A stretch of DNA of 64,000 nucleotides from Nemertoderma westbladi (taxonomy: Eukaryota; Animalia; Xenacoelomorpha). Shown piece by piece: positions 1 through 11,630 of this stretch (position 1 is its first letter; every line of letters begins with the position of its first letter). Position numbers and translations under genes: made by a program. Below the pieces are notes generated by a model. That model was not told where the DNA came from and searched no databases. It worked only from the letters and a program-made list of their open reading frames with translations. Where the stretch lies: positions 41,379 through 105,378 of the forward strand of contig JAUCBJ010006660.1 in the NCBI GenBank assembly GCA_032718475.1, written 5' to 3'.

Positions 1-548
1 TGGACAGCCTTGAATAGGCTTTCCAGGATTTGGAAATCACCGAGAATTAATCGGAAACTTAAGGTCCGATTATTTAGAGCAGCAGTAGTTCAAGTACTCC
101 TCTACGGGAGTACATGCTGGGCTCTAACTGCTGAGGACACCAAATCTCTGGATGGCACATTCACAAGAATGCTACGCCGGGTTCATTGTGTCAAGTACAA
201 TGCACACATCTCCAACCAGACACTATATAACATTGGAGGTGTCTCATTGGTTCCCCCAAGCTTGACACTAGAACAAAATCGCCTCCGCTTTGCAGGACAT
301 TGCTTTCGCCGTGAGGACCAGCCAGTGCATAATCTTGTACTTTGGCAGCCTCATGGAGTGAATAAGCATGGTGGACAGCCCATGACTTTCTTGAGACGCA
401 TCTTAAAGGACACTGGCCTTAAAGATGCGGATGATCTAGCAAATGTCATGGGTGATAGGGAGTTGTGGCGGTGCAATTTTGTTGACAAGCCGGCACAGCA
501 TTCTTAAAAATGCAGCTGCAATACAGCATGCCGATCCTAGTAGTAGAG
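1..548 (+). mobile_element. RTE-like LINE, 3' end (C-terminal part of RT ORF, (TAG)n tail), cut by window edge
   Basis: ORF 10-507 (KLKVRLFRAAV..LLYGS..W, RLRFAGHCFR) is near-identical to the copies at 5865-7408 and 21804-22700; ends cctagtagtag. Confidence 0.85.
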
Positions 549-801
549 ACAGGCTGCCGGTCAGGAGATAACTGACGCCTGTGAGGCCGATTGTGTTCGG
601 TAAAACCACTGGCCTTTAGTGGCCGGACCTCCGCATTACTAATGTCATTAAGATCAGCTGGAGACAACACTTGACAAACTTTAATTACAGATAATACAAT
701 AACAGAGCAAACAATGGTGTAACAGTGACGGGTCATATTTTTATTGTATTTCATCTTAATTTTGAATTTCCCCACAGTAAGCTATTCTGGGTTTGGAAAC
801 A

Positions 802-2889
802 TCATCCAAAGCGAAATAGTTTTCTTTCCAAATTACTGAATTCCGTTTGAGGTCCTAATCCGTGAAACTCACGAAGGGTCCGCCTTGGAAAGTATTTCTG
901 TCGATGTCTGAGAACACAACATTGATGAGTGAAGATTTCTAAGATCGAAAGTAAAGGAATCCAGATGAGAGTAAATAAAGTCAATAATAGACATATAATA
1001 CATACATATGGCGGAGTTTCGCATTGTTCAACATTTTGAGTCTCAGTATTGAAACATGTGTATGTTGTACCTTCAGTGAAAGAGTAATGTATACCCAATG
1101 TTGCAAGAATAATATAAACAGGAACAGTAAGATAAACCATTGAGAATGATATAAAGATATTTATTTTAAATCCAACCATCGTCTCAAAATCGCTTATAAT
1201 CCGATGTATACCAACACTGTATAAAACTGATGTGTAAGAAATGCATCCAATCACCATCATACACATATTATACATAAATTTCTCAAATATTTCTTTAAGA
1301 AATGGCCCAATGTTTAGTGTAAATACCAAACTGAAAAGGAAAAGAAAAAGGCATATAAGACAAACACGATAAATCTCTGGAATTCTTAGAGTAAACTTGT
1401 GATCTTCGAGAGCATTTATAATACTTTGAATAAATCCAAACATTGAATCAATTCCTAATAATATTAATGTTACAAACAGAAGAAGTGACCACGATGAAGC
1501 ATGATCCGATATTTCTAAAATGACCCTGGTCATTGTAACAAAAGCCAAAGTAGGTCCATTTAGGTCACTCATTTTTTCAAGTGCGCCTTTTATACAATGG
1601 CTATGTTGTTCACCTTCTTCTGGGATTCCGTGGCATTCCTCTTCATAAGCATAGTGTCCAGCCATACTAAATACAACTACAGAAGCCATTATTGAAGTTA
1701 ACAGATCAACACCACATAATAAAATAGCATCTCGAAAAAAATTATTCTGTCTAGGTTGCGTTGCTCCCATCAATGTATGAAAACCAAGCCCGAGTCCCAG
1801 TGTGAATGCTACTTGCACTCCCGCAGCTTTCCACACTTTTAATGAGAATATCTCTTCTAAATTTCCAGGTGCGAAAGCATATTGCAACCCTTCATAACTT
1901 CCTGACATATCAACCGATAATATGAGTAAGCAAAACATGGTGAGATAAGGAATTGTAGCTGTGAAATACACAACCCTGGTAGACCCCATAGCTCCATGTG
2001 TCTGACTAGTAACGACCATTAACCAAGTTATGACAGTTGCTATAACGATGGGGTTACTAAAATATATAGATTCACTGATATTTTTTGGTAGGCTTAAGGT
2101 TTCATTGTACCAAAAGAAACTACCTGCCCCAAGTTCTTCACACGTTTGATTTTTGAACTCAATAACTAAATTGTTTCCCCCTAACATATTACATGAACTC
2201 CAAGGTAATTTATTTCTAAACGTCATAGCTGAGTAAAATATACAATAGGATATATCGATACAATAGGAAATAACGAGGAAGCCACAAAGAAGTACTTGGG
2301 AAACACCAATTCCAGCTAACCTTGGATGCAATGTTTCATATACATTCCACGGTCCTTGTCTCGTGAGTTGTCCAATACCTAACTCAAATGTTAGCACTGG
2401 TAGACCCACTATAAGAAGTAAAATTAAATAAGGTATGAGAAATACTCCACCGCCATTTTCCACCATCCTCTTTGGAAAGTACAAAATATTTCCCATACCG
2501 ACAACAAATCCGATGCAGCTTACAATATATTGAAACTTAGAATCCCAAATCGATTCCATTGTGTCTTCCTCTGGTCTCCAATGTTTAATTTTATAAAATG
2601 TATCTTTGTTCTTTGCAAATCCAAAGATTCTACGGTCCTCGACTTTTTTAAATTCACCAGTTTTCATACCATGTTCGAAAGTATCTGTTCGAGTATGATT
2701 TAGAATGAAGGATTTTCTTAATGTATGACGGAAGTTTTGCACTGATGTATTGCAGGAATAGAAACTAGTTTCCACTGACGAAACATCGATAGGTTCTTGT
2801 TCTTCTAACTGAAACTCTCGCAACGAATTCGCAGATTTCAAGCTAATTTCTTCACTTTCCATATCCTTCCCCCCAATTTTACTCTCCAT
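802..2889 (-). CDS. SLC6 / neurotransmitter:sodium symporter family transporter, 695 aa, intronless, divergent
   Basis: WDSKFQYIVSCIGFVVGMGN..FP..NGGGVFLIPY, GLPVLTFELGIGQ, LPWSSC, VVYFTATIPY, VWKAAGVQ, GPTLAFV and LGIDSMFG match NSS TM1-TM8 motifs; about 12 hydrophobic segments. Confidence 0.93.
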   Translation of the reverse strand: MESKIGGKDMESEEISLKSANSLREFQLEEQEPIDVSSVETSFYSCNTSVQNFRHTLRKSFILNHTRTDTFEHGMKTGEFKKVEDRRIFGFAKNKDTFYKIKHWRPEEDTMESIWDSKFQYIVSCIGFVVGMGNILYFPKRMVENGGGVFLIPYLILLLIVGLPVLTFELGIGQLTRQGPWNVYETLHPRLAGIGVSQVLLCGFLVISYCIDISYCIFYSAMTFRNKLPWSSCNMLGGNNLVIEFKNQTCEELGAGSFFWYNETLSLPKNISESIYFSNPIVIATVITWLMVVTSQTHGAMGSTRVVYFTATIPYLTMFCLLILSVDMSGSYEGLQYAFAPGNLEEIFSLKVWKAAGVQVAFTLGLGLGFHTLMGATQPRQNNFFRDAILLCGVDLLTSIMASVVVFSMAGHYAYEEECHGIPEEGEQHSHCIKGALEKMSDLNGPTLAFVTMTRVILEISDHASSWSLLLFVTLILLGIDSMFGFIQSIINALEDHKFTLRIPEIYRVCLICLFLFLFSLVFTLNIGPFLKEIFEKFMYNMCMMVIGCISYTSVLYSVGIHRIISDFETMVGFKINIFISFSMVYLTVPVYIILATLGIHYSFTEGTTYTCFNTETQNVEQCETPPYVCIICLLLTLFTLIWIPLLSILEIFTHQCCVLRHRQKYFPRRTLREFHGLGPQTEFSNLERKLFRFG

Positions 2890-3189
2890 TATAGCAATCT
2901 ATTGCTCAATCACCTTTTCGTTGCAAATTTTTTGTTCGCGTATTGTCTCTATGCAGTTTTGGCAAATACAGGCTTTGGGTGCATTTTTTTACTCAATACT
3001 CTTAATTTTGGTAGTAGATAATTTTGGCTACACTACTTTTAAAGAATATTAGTTAATAAAGAAAATAATTTTAAGTTTTAATTAATATTTCCCCTCCCCT
3101 CCCCCTCTTGCTCAAATTTTCAAATTGTTGTTTCTTTATTTCGTCTAGAGCAAATTTTAATGGGGATTACAAACCTGAAAAAGGCTTAA

Positions 3190-3960
3190 AAGGGGAGAGG
3201 GGTAGCACCCCCCTATTTTTTTTAATTTTTTAATTGTGCGGGGCCCTTTTCATAAAAAAGGCTCTTTTGGTACATATATGTATAAAAATTGCTAAAACGT
3301 TGTTTTACTAGTTATTTGTTTTGCAAGCATGAAAAATTTCGTTGAATTTTATTCATTTTTGACAAAGTTATTGACGAACATAGAAAATTGGTATTATCTA
3401 AAATAGCGGGAAGGTTTAAATTGTTCCTTAAACTTTAATCACCCATATCTTAGAATGACTTTTTTTTCATGAAAAAGGCTATCTCTCCGCCAATAAACTG
3501 AATTGAGTTGAAATTTGGTACATTTGTTTAGATTACCCTTCTCCATACTTCTTCTTATCAAATTTGGTTGGAAATGCCCTGGAGCCTTTTTATATCAAAA
3601 AGGCCCAAAAAAGCCCTTTTTGGGGCCTTTTTGTTCTAAAAAGGCTCCAGAGCATTTGAGGCAAAATTTGTTAAGAATAATTGGATGCAGGGTTTTTCTG
3701 AACCTATAATCCAAATTTCGACAATTTTCAATAAATATTGGTGGAGAAATAGCCCTTGGCGCAAAAAGGCCCTTTTGGCCATTACGGAGCCATTTTGGGG
3801 CCAATTTAAAAACTATTTGATTTGGCTATTCTCAGACAGTCCAGACAATGTTTAGTAGCACGAAAAATAACTTTCAATAATAAAAAAAATTTCATAATAA
3901 AAAAAACAATGACACAAAAATGTGAGGTTCAATTTGAGGGTGCTACCCCCCCCGCCCTCC
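3190..3960. repeat. Probable non-autonomous DNA-transposon relic with internal inverted repeats
   Basis: ggtagcacccc (~3201) is inverted relative to gggtgctacc (~3940); imperfect palindrome at 3577-3653 (ctggagccttttt...aaaaaggctccag). Confidence 0.35.
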
Positions 3961-4269
3961 TTAATGAGACCTCATTTAATTATCGAGTTATATCTGTTTT
4001 TCTGTAAGACGGTCAAATTGTAAGAATGACAGAAGACCGACAGACAGACTAGATTCCACCATACATTAAAATTGACATGGGAAATGGAATCAGCGACCCC
4101 AAAAACCCCCGCAATAAAAAATGTTAGCTCATTGGTGTGCATCCTTCGTGCCAGAAATAATTAACCAACCAGAACACAGCCAGCCAATTTAAACAATTTA
4201 CACTTTAAAGGGCATTTTCTCGGAATGACATTTTTCATTTTCAAATTACTACTTTTCCGCATGTACTTA

Positions 4270-4740
4270 CTCAACACTACTACAGAAACGGTTACGCATC
4301 CTCAGTAAGGCATATCCCCAATGTAACTTTACATTTATTTTCCGTTCCTCATACAGGCTTGGGGGAAGATTCCCGTACAAAGATAGACTCCCTAATGCCT
4401 ATGTGTCTTAGGTCTCTCACCATTTATAAATTTAAGTGCAGTAGCTGCAACGCTACTTACATTGGTAAATCCGAGCGTCATTATAAGGTGCGAGTCTTCG
4501 AACACTTAGGTAAATCTCCACGAACGGGGGCCACCTCTGCCTCTCCTTATTGTCACTCAGCTGTACGTGACCATGCATTCGAGTGTGATCACAAGGTATC
4601 ATATGATGATCTTACTTGCATTGGTAGGGCTCAAAATAATTACGAACTCTTGCTTAAGGAAAGTCTGTACTGTACATATCCCGTAAAAAACCCTCCCTGA
4701 ATATACAAGGAACCTCATTCCCATTGTACCTATTCTAATA
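4270..4740 (+). mobile_element. Penelope-like element 3' fragment, GIY-YIG endonuclease remnant
   Basis: IYKFKCSSCNATYIGKSERHYKVRVFEH...SAVRDH...LLLKESLY in ORF 4359-4700. Confidence 0.8.
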
Positions 4741-5132
4741 CTTTTAGGTTACTGTCAATTAGTTTTTAGTTAGGCCCTATTGTGTAATTACCGAAACGTA
4801 TCTACTGTACTTCAATACCGTACTTGCATTTAATCGATTAATTTTAGTAGTATTTATATATTAGATTTTTTGCAGTTCATACTATAATTATAATATTCAT
4901 GTTTATACTTCTATGTACTTACTTACTTACTTACTTAAGTTCTTATTGTACATACACTACCATGCCCTGGAATATAGTGTCGCTATTCTGGTACATGCCC
5001 CCACCCCCCCCCCCCCCCCCCTCAAATTTTTCTACAAATCTTAATGCGATTGCATCTGTTTCACTCAACTCCTCCTGGGTGGGTGAGCCAGAATTTTTAT
5101 TTTTGCTTTCATGCGACAAGCGTTTGAAAAGT

Positions 5133-5533
5133 TAGAAAGCTGGCCGTGCAAGGATTCCAAAAATGTAAAAACATTTGAATTTGGTTGGGAAATAGCTGAG
5201 ATATGAAGGTTCAAATGTTGCATGGCTTTGCATGGTTTTGTAACTGCACGGGGCTATTTTATTCTATCAAATAAAAACGCCATATTCTAGAACATTTTGT
5301 TTATGTATGAATAGCTACATAATAAATAGTATGATTAAAGAAGCAATTATTGCTGCCCAGCTATGTAAGGGATAAACAAAATGTTCCAGAATTTGATGTA
5401 TTTATTAAATAGAATAAATGGCCTGCAGTGAACGCAAAGACATGCAAAATTCGAATGCCCATATCTCGGCCATTTCCAAACCAAATTCAAATATTTTCAC
5501 ATTATTTGGGATCCTTTCACGGCCTGCTTTCCA
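5133..5533. mobile_element. Palindromic MITE-like element, about 400 bp
   Basis: Left arm gaaagctggccgtgcaaggattccaa..tttgaatttggttgggaaatagctgagatatg is an imperfect reverse complement of right arm catatctcggccatttccaaaccaaattcaaa..gggatcctttcacggcctgctttc. Confidence 0.6.
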
Positions 5534-5681
5534 AGATCAATGAGATTCCCCGAAAAGAACCATAGAGTGTTAGGTTGCCCTTCTTGGGAATTGGCACCAA
5601 CTTATTTGTTTTCATTTCTTGTGGGACTCTTGTTGTTCGGTACATGTCTACTATGATGGGATAGATGAGCTTTAAACACTG
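5534..5681 (-). mobile_element. Short RTE-like LINE fragment
   Basis: Near-identical to 7129-7272 (CLKLIYPIIVDMYRTTRVPQEMKT..LVPIPKKGNL). Confidence 0.75.
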
Positions 5682-5864
5682 GTAAATGGGTACCCAATGT
5701 GTATTAATTCCATTTACTTGCACTTGCACTGTTGTAACCCATGTACTGCAATATTATCCCATAATTCTAAATAAAATGCTCACGCAAAATACAATATTTT
5801 TAATCTCGATATTTTTCAAAACTCGATATTTTTACTCTCGATATCTTTCAACACTCGATATTTT

Positions 5865-7408
5865 CGCCACAACTCCCTATCACCCATGTCATTTGCTAGA
5901 TCATCTGCATCTTCAAGGCCAGTGTCCTTTAAGATGCGTCTCAAGAAAGTCATGGGCTGTGCACTATGCTTATTCACTCCATGAGGCTGCCAAAGTACAA
6001 GATTATGCACTGGCTGGTCCTCACGGCGAAAGCAATGTCCTGCAAAGCGGAGGCGATTTTGTTCTAGTGTCAAGCTTGGGGGAACCAATGAGACACCTCC
6101 AATGTTATATAGTGTCTGGTTGGAGATGTGTGCATTGAACTTGACACAATGAACCCGGCGTAGCATTCTTGTGAATGTGCCGTCCAGAGATTTGGTGTCC
6201 TCAGCAGTTAGAGCCCAGCATGGACTCCCATAGAGGAGTACTGGAACGACTGCTGCTCTAAATAACCGGACCTTAAGTTTCCGATTAATTCTCGGTGACT
6301 TCCAAATCCTGGAAAGCCTATTCAAGGCTGCCCATGCCTTTCCCTCACGTATTCGAAGGTCCTCACCTGACTTCCGGATCCATGATCCCAGGTAACAGAA
6401 GTCATCCACATGCTCAAGCATACCATCTTTTGAGCTTATGCTCATCCGATCAGAGACTTGCTGAGGACTTTCAAAGTTAACTGTCAAAATTTTGGTCTTT
6501 CTGGAGTTAATAAAAAGACCAACACTAGAAGCAGCATGTTCTAATGAGCTGAGGAGCCGTTGGGCTCCCTCTAGTGATTCTGAGAGTACTCCTAAGTCAT
6601 CAGCAAAGTCTAGATCAGTTAGGTACTTGGCAGGATTTCCTCGACTTCAAGAGCCAGTAGGTGGAGTTATCATCACCCCATCATCATTATTATGATCTAA
6701 AGACATGCGTAGAACATAGTCAACAACAATTATGAACAAGAATGGTGCAAGGGTGTCTCCCTGGAGGACGTCCCATAACACTTCAAATGGTTCTGTGTCA
6801 CCGTCAACAGTAGACACAAATGTTGTCGAACCATCGTATACTGATCTGATTGCTGCAATAATTTCATCAGGAATCCCATATAATGAAAGTATGCTGAACA
6901 TACGTGAGCGAGAGACTGAATCAAAGGCCTTGAAGAAGTCAACAAAGATAACAGCCAGATGCCTGTCTTTCTTTTTTTATAACTCTTCAATTATCCTTCT
7001 AAGTGCCAAAATGGGCTCCATGGTCCCACGACCTTTATGGAACCCATTCTGATTTCCACGGAGCAGTCTCTCAATGGGATCCCTGATGTGATTTAATAGA
7101 ATTCTATTGTATAGCTTTGCAGCAATCGAGATCAATGAGATTCCCCGAAAAGAACCATAGTGTTAGGTTGCCCTTCTTGGGAATGGCACCAATTTTTTTG
7201 TTTTCATTTCTTGTGGGACTCTTGTTGTACGGTACATGTCTACTATGATGGGATAGATGAGCTTTAAACACTCAGGTATTTTAAAGACCTCAGGGGGAAC
7301 ACCATCTATTCCACTGGCACGATTGGTCTTAATGCTCTTTGCAGCAGCCTTCACTTCTGCAAAGGTGATATCACCAATGGGAATATCTGGGAGTACAGAC
7401 TCAGACAC
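5865..7408 (-). mobile_element. RTE-like LINE, degenerate RT region, truncated at both ends
   Basis: Frameshifted pieces RASGIDGVPPE, FVDFFKAFDS, LQGDTLAPFLF, DLDFADD, FCYLGS, RLRFAGHC. Confidence 0.88.
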
Positions 7409-7459
7409 TTTTAATAATAAAGGTTAATAAACAAAGAAAGTAAAACGTACAGCGATATA

Positions 7460-8720
7460 CAGTCCATATCTCATTCTGAATATTATTTCTCAAACTGGGT
7501 ATCATTTCTCAAACCTTTTACTAATGATAGTCAACGGAGAATTTCAGTAGGTAAGACTGGGGTAAGAGTTGAGAAATCAGAAAGATGCAGCCAGCTCAAT
7601 CTAACTCAAACTAGAGTCTGGCGCCATGGTTTGAGTTAGGTTGACTTCCAACTGTGCCATACTCAGCATTACTCTTCCTGTACGGGATGGATAATTACTC
7701 TGGTTGAGTGAGGCACCACATGGGGAAGGGGCCTCTGTCTGTTGCTTGGGCTCTTGAGTTAATGGGTTGAATTACATAAGCTGGGCAGGCCGGCTTGCGT
7801 GTGTCTCATAAAAGACATGTCAATCACGCAGTTCCTTTGTGGGCTTTACTAAATGTATGTTGTTAACTAAACCACACTGGCTCGGTCTGTTTGTAGAGAA
7901 AGTTTTAATTCTGGGAATATTGTTGTGGGAAATTGGTGCTCTGTTGTCTGTCTGTTTGATGTCAATTGGTGCCTTACAAGACATATCAGTTTAAAAATCT
8001 AATGGTTAATTAAGAATTATTAGTGCATATGGGACCTCGCAACACCCCCCCCCCCCCCCCCCTCCCATAAATATGGCCCTGTCTATAATTACAGAGGTTT
8101 CCTCTGGCCCCTTTGCCCGGTATACCCACCCCACACCCGGATGTATTGCGAATAATTGTGTTGACGATGTACAGTAATAGAGAATTAAACATTAGTAAAA
8201 CATTAAAGTTAAACATTAGAAACATTAGCGAAATATACGCAACATTAAAATAAATTTATAAAATTGGTTGGTTATATTATATGGTTATATTTTAATGTAA
8301 AATAACGTTAAAATGTTATGAGTCATACATACTTAATAAATGTAATAAAAATTAATAAATCTTCAGTTTAATAATTTTTTAGCATATAATTTTTTTATTC
8401 TGAAATTTAAAAATAAATTGAGTCACTGAGTCTGCAACTTAATTCTCACTGTCTACTGGAGTTAATTACACACAAACAAATCAAGTTTAGGGAATGTTAT
8501 AACAGCAGGAGACCATCAATCCCGTAGGCAGAGTATAACAGAAGCGAGTGGGCCATTAAACACAGACAGCTTGTTGTATGACTGCTACACAGTGCACAGT
8601 GGGTGGTTACGCGAGTTTGAGTTGGGTTTGAGTAAACCAGACAGGTTTGAGTTAGTAAGAGTGAGGTAAGAGAAAAGGTACCTAGTTTGAGAAACGGTAT
8701 CTAGAATGAGATAGGGACTG
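7460..8720. mobile_element. Tc1/mariner-type non-autonomous element with about 50-bp imperfect TIRs and TA TSD
   Basis: TA|cagtccatatctcattct..tttctcaaactgggta versus tacctagtttgagaaa..agaatgagatagggactg|TA. Confidence 0.65.
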
Positions 8721-9456
8721 TAGAGTTACAAAATAAATTTAACTGCAGTATTTTACTATATTGCTTCCATAGTTACTGCGATTAATATTATTGTACTCTT
8801 CAACTCCCGATGCTGCCTTACTCAATGTTAAATAATTTAGTGTTCTCGAATATTTATTACGTAACTAGAGAGCCGCTTAACAACATAAACCAAAATTGGA
8901 TATTGAGTTCCGTTTGTTTTGGAGTACGCCACACAGACACAAAATTTGCTATAACTTTCGAGTGCGTTCATGAATTTTGCTCAAATTACGTGCAAACCTT
9001 TTCTACGTAAATGCTCTTTGAACTAATTTAATAAAATTTAAGAAATTCCACCAAAAATATTTTGTTTTACTTTTTTCGCCAGGAAAAAAGTAAAATCCAT
9101 GCAATTCTATGGGTTACTTTTTTCCCTAAGGAAAAAAGAGCAACTTTTTCTCCCGATTTTGATCTAATTTTGAGCGAAAAAGTAACAATTTAAGAATAAA
9201 ATTCATTACGACAAATTAAGTTAGTGTACAACAACATTAGTTACCATAAAAATCGTGATACAGTAGGTTGGGAATGGGTAGGGAGGGTAGGGTAGGGTAG
9301 GCCAAGTCATGTAGTGATATTTTACTTAAAATTATTTACTTATTATTTATTATTTTACTTTCGTAACCGGTAGATATTCACCTGTCCATTCTTGTTCATA
9401 ATTGTTGTTGACTATGTTCTACGCATGTCCTTAGATCATCATAATGATGATGGGGT

Positions 9457-10684
9457 TGTAAAAGCTTTTGTGGGATGTAACTGGCCCTTTTGCTTTGCAA
9501 TCCAGTTCCCTCCCAGGCGCTGGAATACTCTAAAAAGCTCTCTAACGCGAATGATGCAAAGCGACCGGCTGATTGGCTGATTTGTTATACGAGGGGCTCT
9601 TTGCTATGTTCTATCGGCCAACCAGAGCTATAGCAGCAGAGTATGCAACCAGGGCAACCGAGCGGAGTGACTCATTTTGTGTGTTGGCCAAGGGCTGCAA
9701 AATTCCTGATATTTCGGCATTTAGATATTCGTGGAACCTGTGGAATCTGGTGTTCTGCCAATGAGAGCTATCCCTCTCTGTGTAAAAAGATACCTGCAAC
9801 GGTGTTAGAGTCAGAGAGTGTTTTTGTTACTGTTGTGTTGTTTCTATCTAGGCCAAGAACACCGGCTCTGGAGTCAATTGTTTCAGACTTTAGAAGAAAC
9901 ATTAGTAGGCTTAGATTATAGAACGTATAACTGTTATCTCGCCATAATTATCAACTAACCAAACAATCATATCATATCTTAACCTACCGTCTTAATGCTT
10001 TTACTGTTGTTATTATTTGTATTAGTTGGTTGAATATTATTTGGAGAACATCTATAAAGAACCCAAATTTCCCAATTTTCTTGATACACTACAGGTTAGA
10101 GAGACAGGATACATATAACAATTGCGACTTATGTTATCGTGGTTTGTAGTGAATCTAATGCTATTTGATAGGCACTACATGAGTCAATTGCTGTTCTCTT
10201 TATATATGATAAAATTCATTGACGGTCGGCAGATTAGTGTGCAGTATTGTGCGTTATCGGTAGTGTGCATGATTGTGGCTGATAACTAAGCATTTCCTAA
10301 AGAATGCGCCTCATACGTGAATCATAAGCCTTACCGACTTACCGTTGTGTTTAGTATAAGTCATATCTCTGTTTACCTAGATAGAGCGCCACGTCCTAAA
10401 GGAACTGTTTATATTTCCCGAAAGTGAATAATATTGGTCAGAAATTATTTATTAACGATCAATCGAATAATACAGTAAGCTTACACTGCAATAACAATCT
10501 AAGCCCTCAGAATCCAGTCTCCCGGGTATATCCAGCGGGTGAATGGACGCGCACTAGGCTGGCTTCTGCTAATGTTGTGTTTATTGGTATTAAATATTTG
10601 TCAATTTCTAAAGTCTATTTATAAACCAAAAGACATATAAATTTTGGCAGGTTAAACTGCTAAAGGTCTTCAAAAGCGCGTACA
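9457..10684 (+). repeat. A1 5' LTR
   Basis: tgtaaaagcttttg...aaaagcgcgtaca; direct repeat of 20571-21798. Confidence 0.95.
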
Positions 10685-10695
10685 ATAACAGTTAT
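10685..10695 (+). promoter_or_regulatory. Putative self-complementary primer-binding site of A1 (pairs with 9927-9937)
   Basis: ataacagttat directly follows the LTR, with no TGG; exact reverse complement of ataactgttat in the LTR. Confidence 0.6.
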
Positions 10696-10753
10696 TGTCT
10701 TTATTGCAGTAAGCAATAAAGTTGAAAGTACCGGTCGACCGGTAAACCTAAAC

Positions 10754-10905
10754 CGGTACTGCTGTAGGTCCGTAGGCCCAACTGCCAGAATCGGTACTGC
10801 TGTAGGTCCGTAGGCCCAACTGCCAGAATCGGTACTGCTGTAGGTCCGTAGGCCCAACTGCCAGAATCGGTACTGCTGTAGGTCTGTAGGCCCAACTGTC
10901 CTAAC
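10754..10905 (+). repeat. 38-bp tandem repeat in A1 leader, 4 copies
   Basis: Unit cggtactgctgtaggtccgtaggcccaactgccagaat. Confidence 0.9.
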
Positions 10906-11145
10906 CGGTACTTCCAGTATAAGTACATTAGTATTATTCGATTTTGATTATTGTATACCGGTAGGTCTCGATATTAAATCGGGGACGCATGGTTTTTATT
11001 GGGATTTTACTTAGGTCTATTTCTGTCAGTTTTATTTCCTAGTAAGTTAATATTGAGCTGAAGACGTGTAAGTCTGCTCAGATTGTTCAGATAACTGTAG
11101 GCCGGACTGTTGTCGGATTGTTGTTGGGTTTGGAGAGATTACGGC

Positions 11146-11630
11146 GTGTGTAGAGTTTGTCTGATAAAGTGCCAGTTAGTAAGTTGGGGCAGCCAGAGCT
11201 GTAAGGTCAATCCCCTCTTAAAGAATAAGCCGTACTACCGTGTTAGAACGCATACTAACTAACCATTTTGGAATCTGCACATACTGTAGTTTATTTAGGC
11301 TTGACAGTATTCTGCCGGCGTTTTGGCCTGTGTTTGTTTGTGTGGTCTGTTCAGGTACCGTAATAGTTATTACTCAGATATTTTGTAGGCTGGATTGTTG
11401 TCTAGCTATTATTAGGTCTGAAGAGATTGCTGCGTGTGTAGAGTTTGTCTGATAAAGTGCCAGTTAGTAAGTTGGGGCAGCCAGAGCTGTAAGGTCAATC
11501 CCCTCTTAAAGAATAAGTCGTACTACCGTGTTAGAACGCATACTAACTAACCATTTTGGAATCTGCACATACTGTAGTTTATTTAGGCTTGATGGTAGTC
11601 TGCCAGCGTTTGGTTTGTATTTGTTTGAGT
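11146..11630 (+). repeat. Direct duplication in A1 leader, period about 290 bp
   Basis: cgtgtgtagagtttgtctgataaagtgccag...ttaggcttga occurs at ~11146 and ~11434; the same duplication is present in A2. Confidence 0.85.

Noticed and set aside
549-650. GC-rich structured ncRNA after the LINE tail
   Set aside because: Only short hairpins, no recognisable family motif, single copy in the window
9573-10624. Small ORFs repeated four times (MADLLYEG.., MNNIGQK..)
   Set aside because: They recur only because they lie in the LTRs; non-ATG starts and not conserved in LTR D
10754-10905. Regular 38-bp repeats as a CRISPR array
   Set aside because: Head-to-tail units with no unique spacers, no cas genes, eukaryotic retroelement context; the same applies to 34085-34655 and 44940-45675
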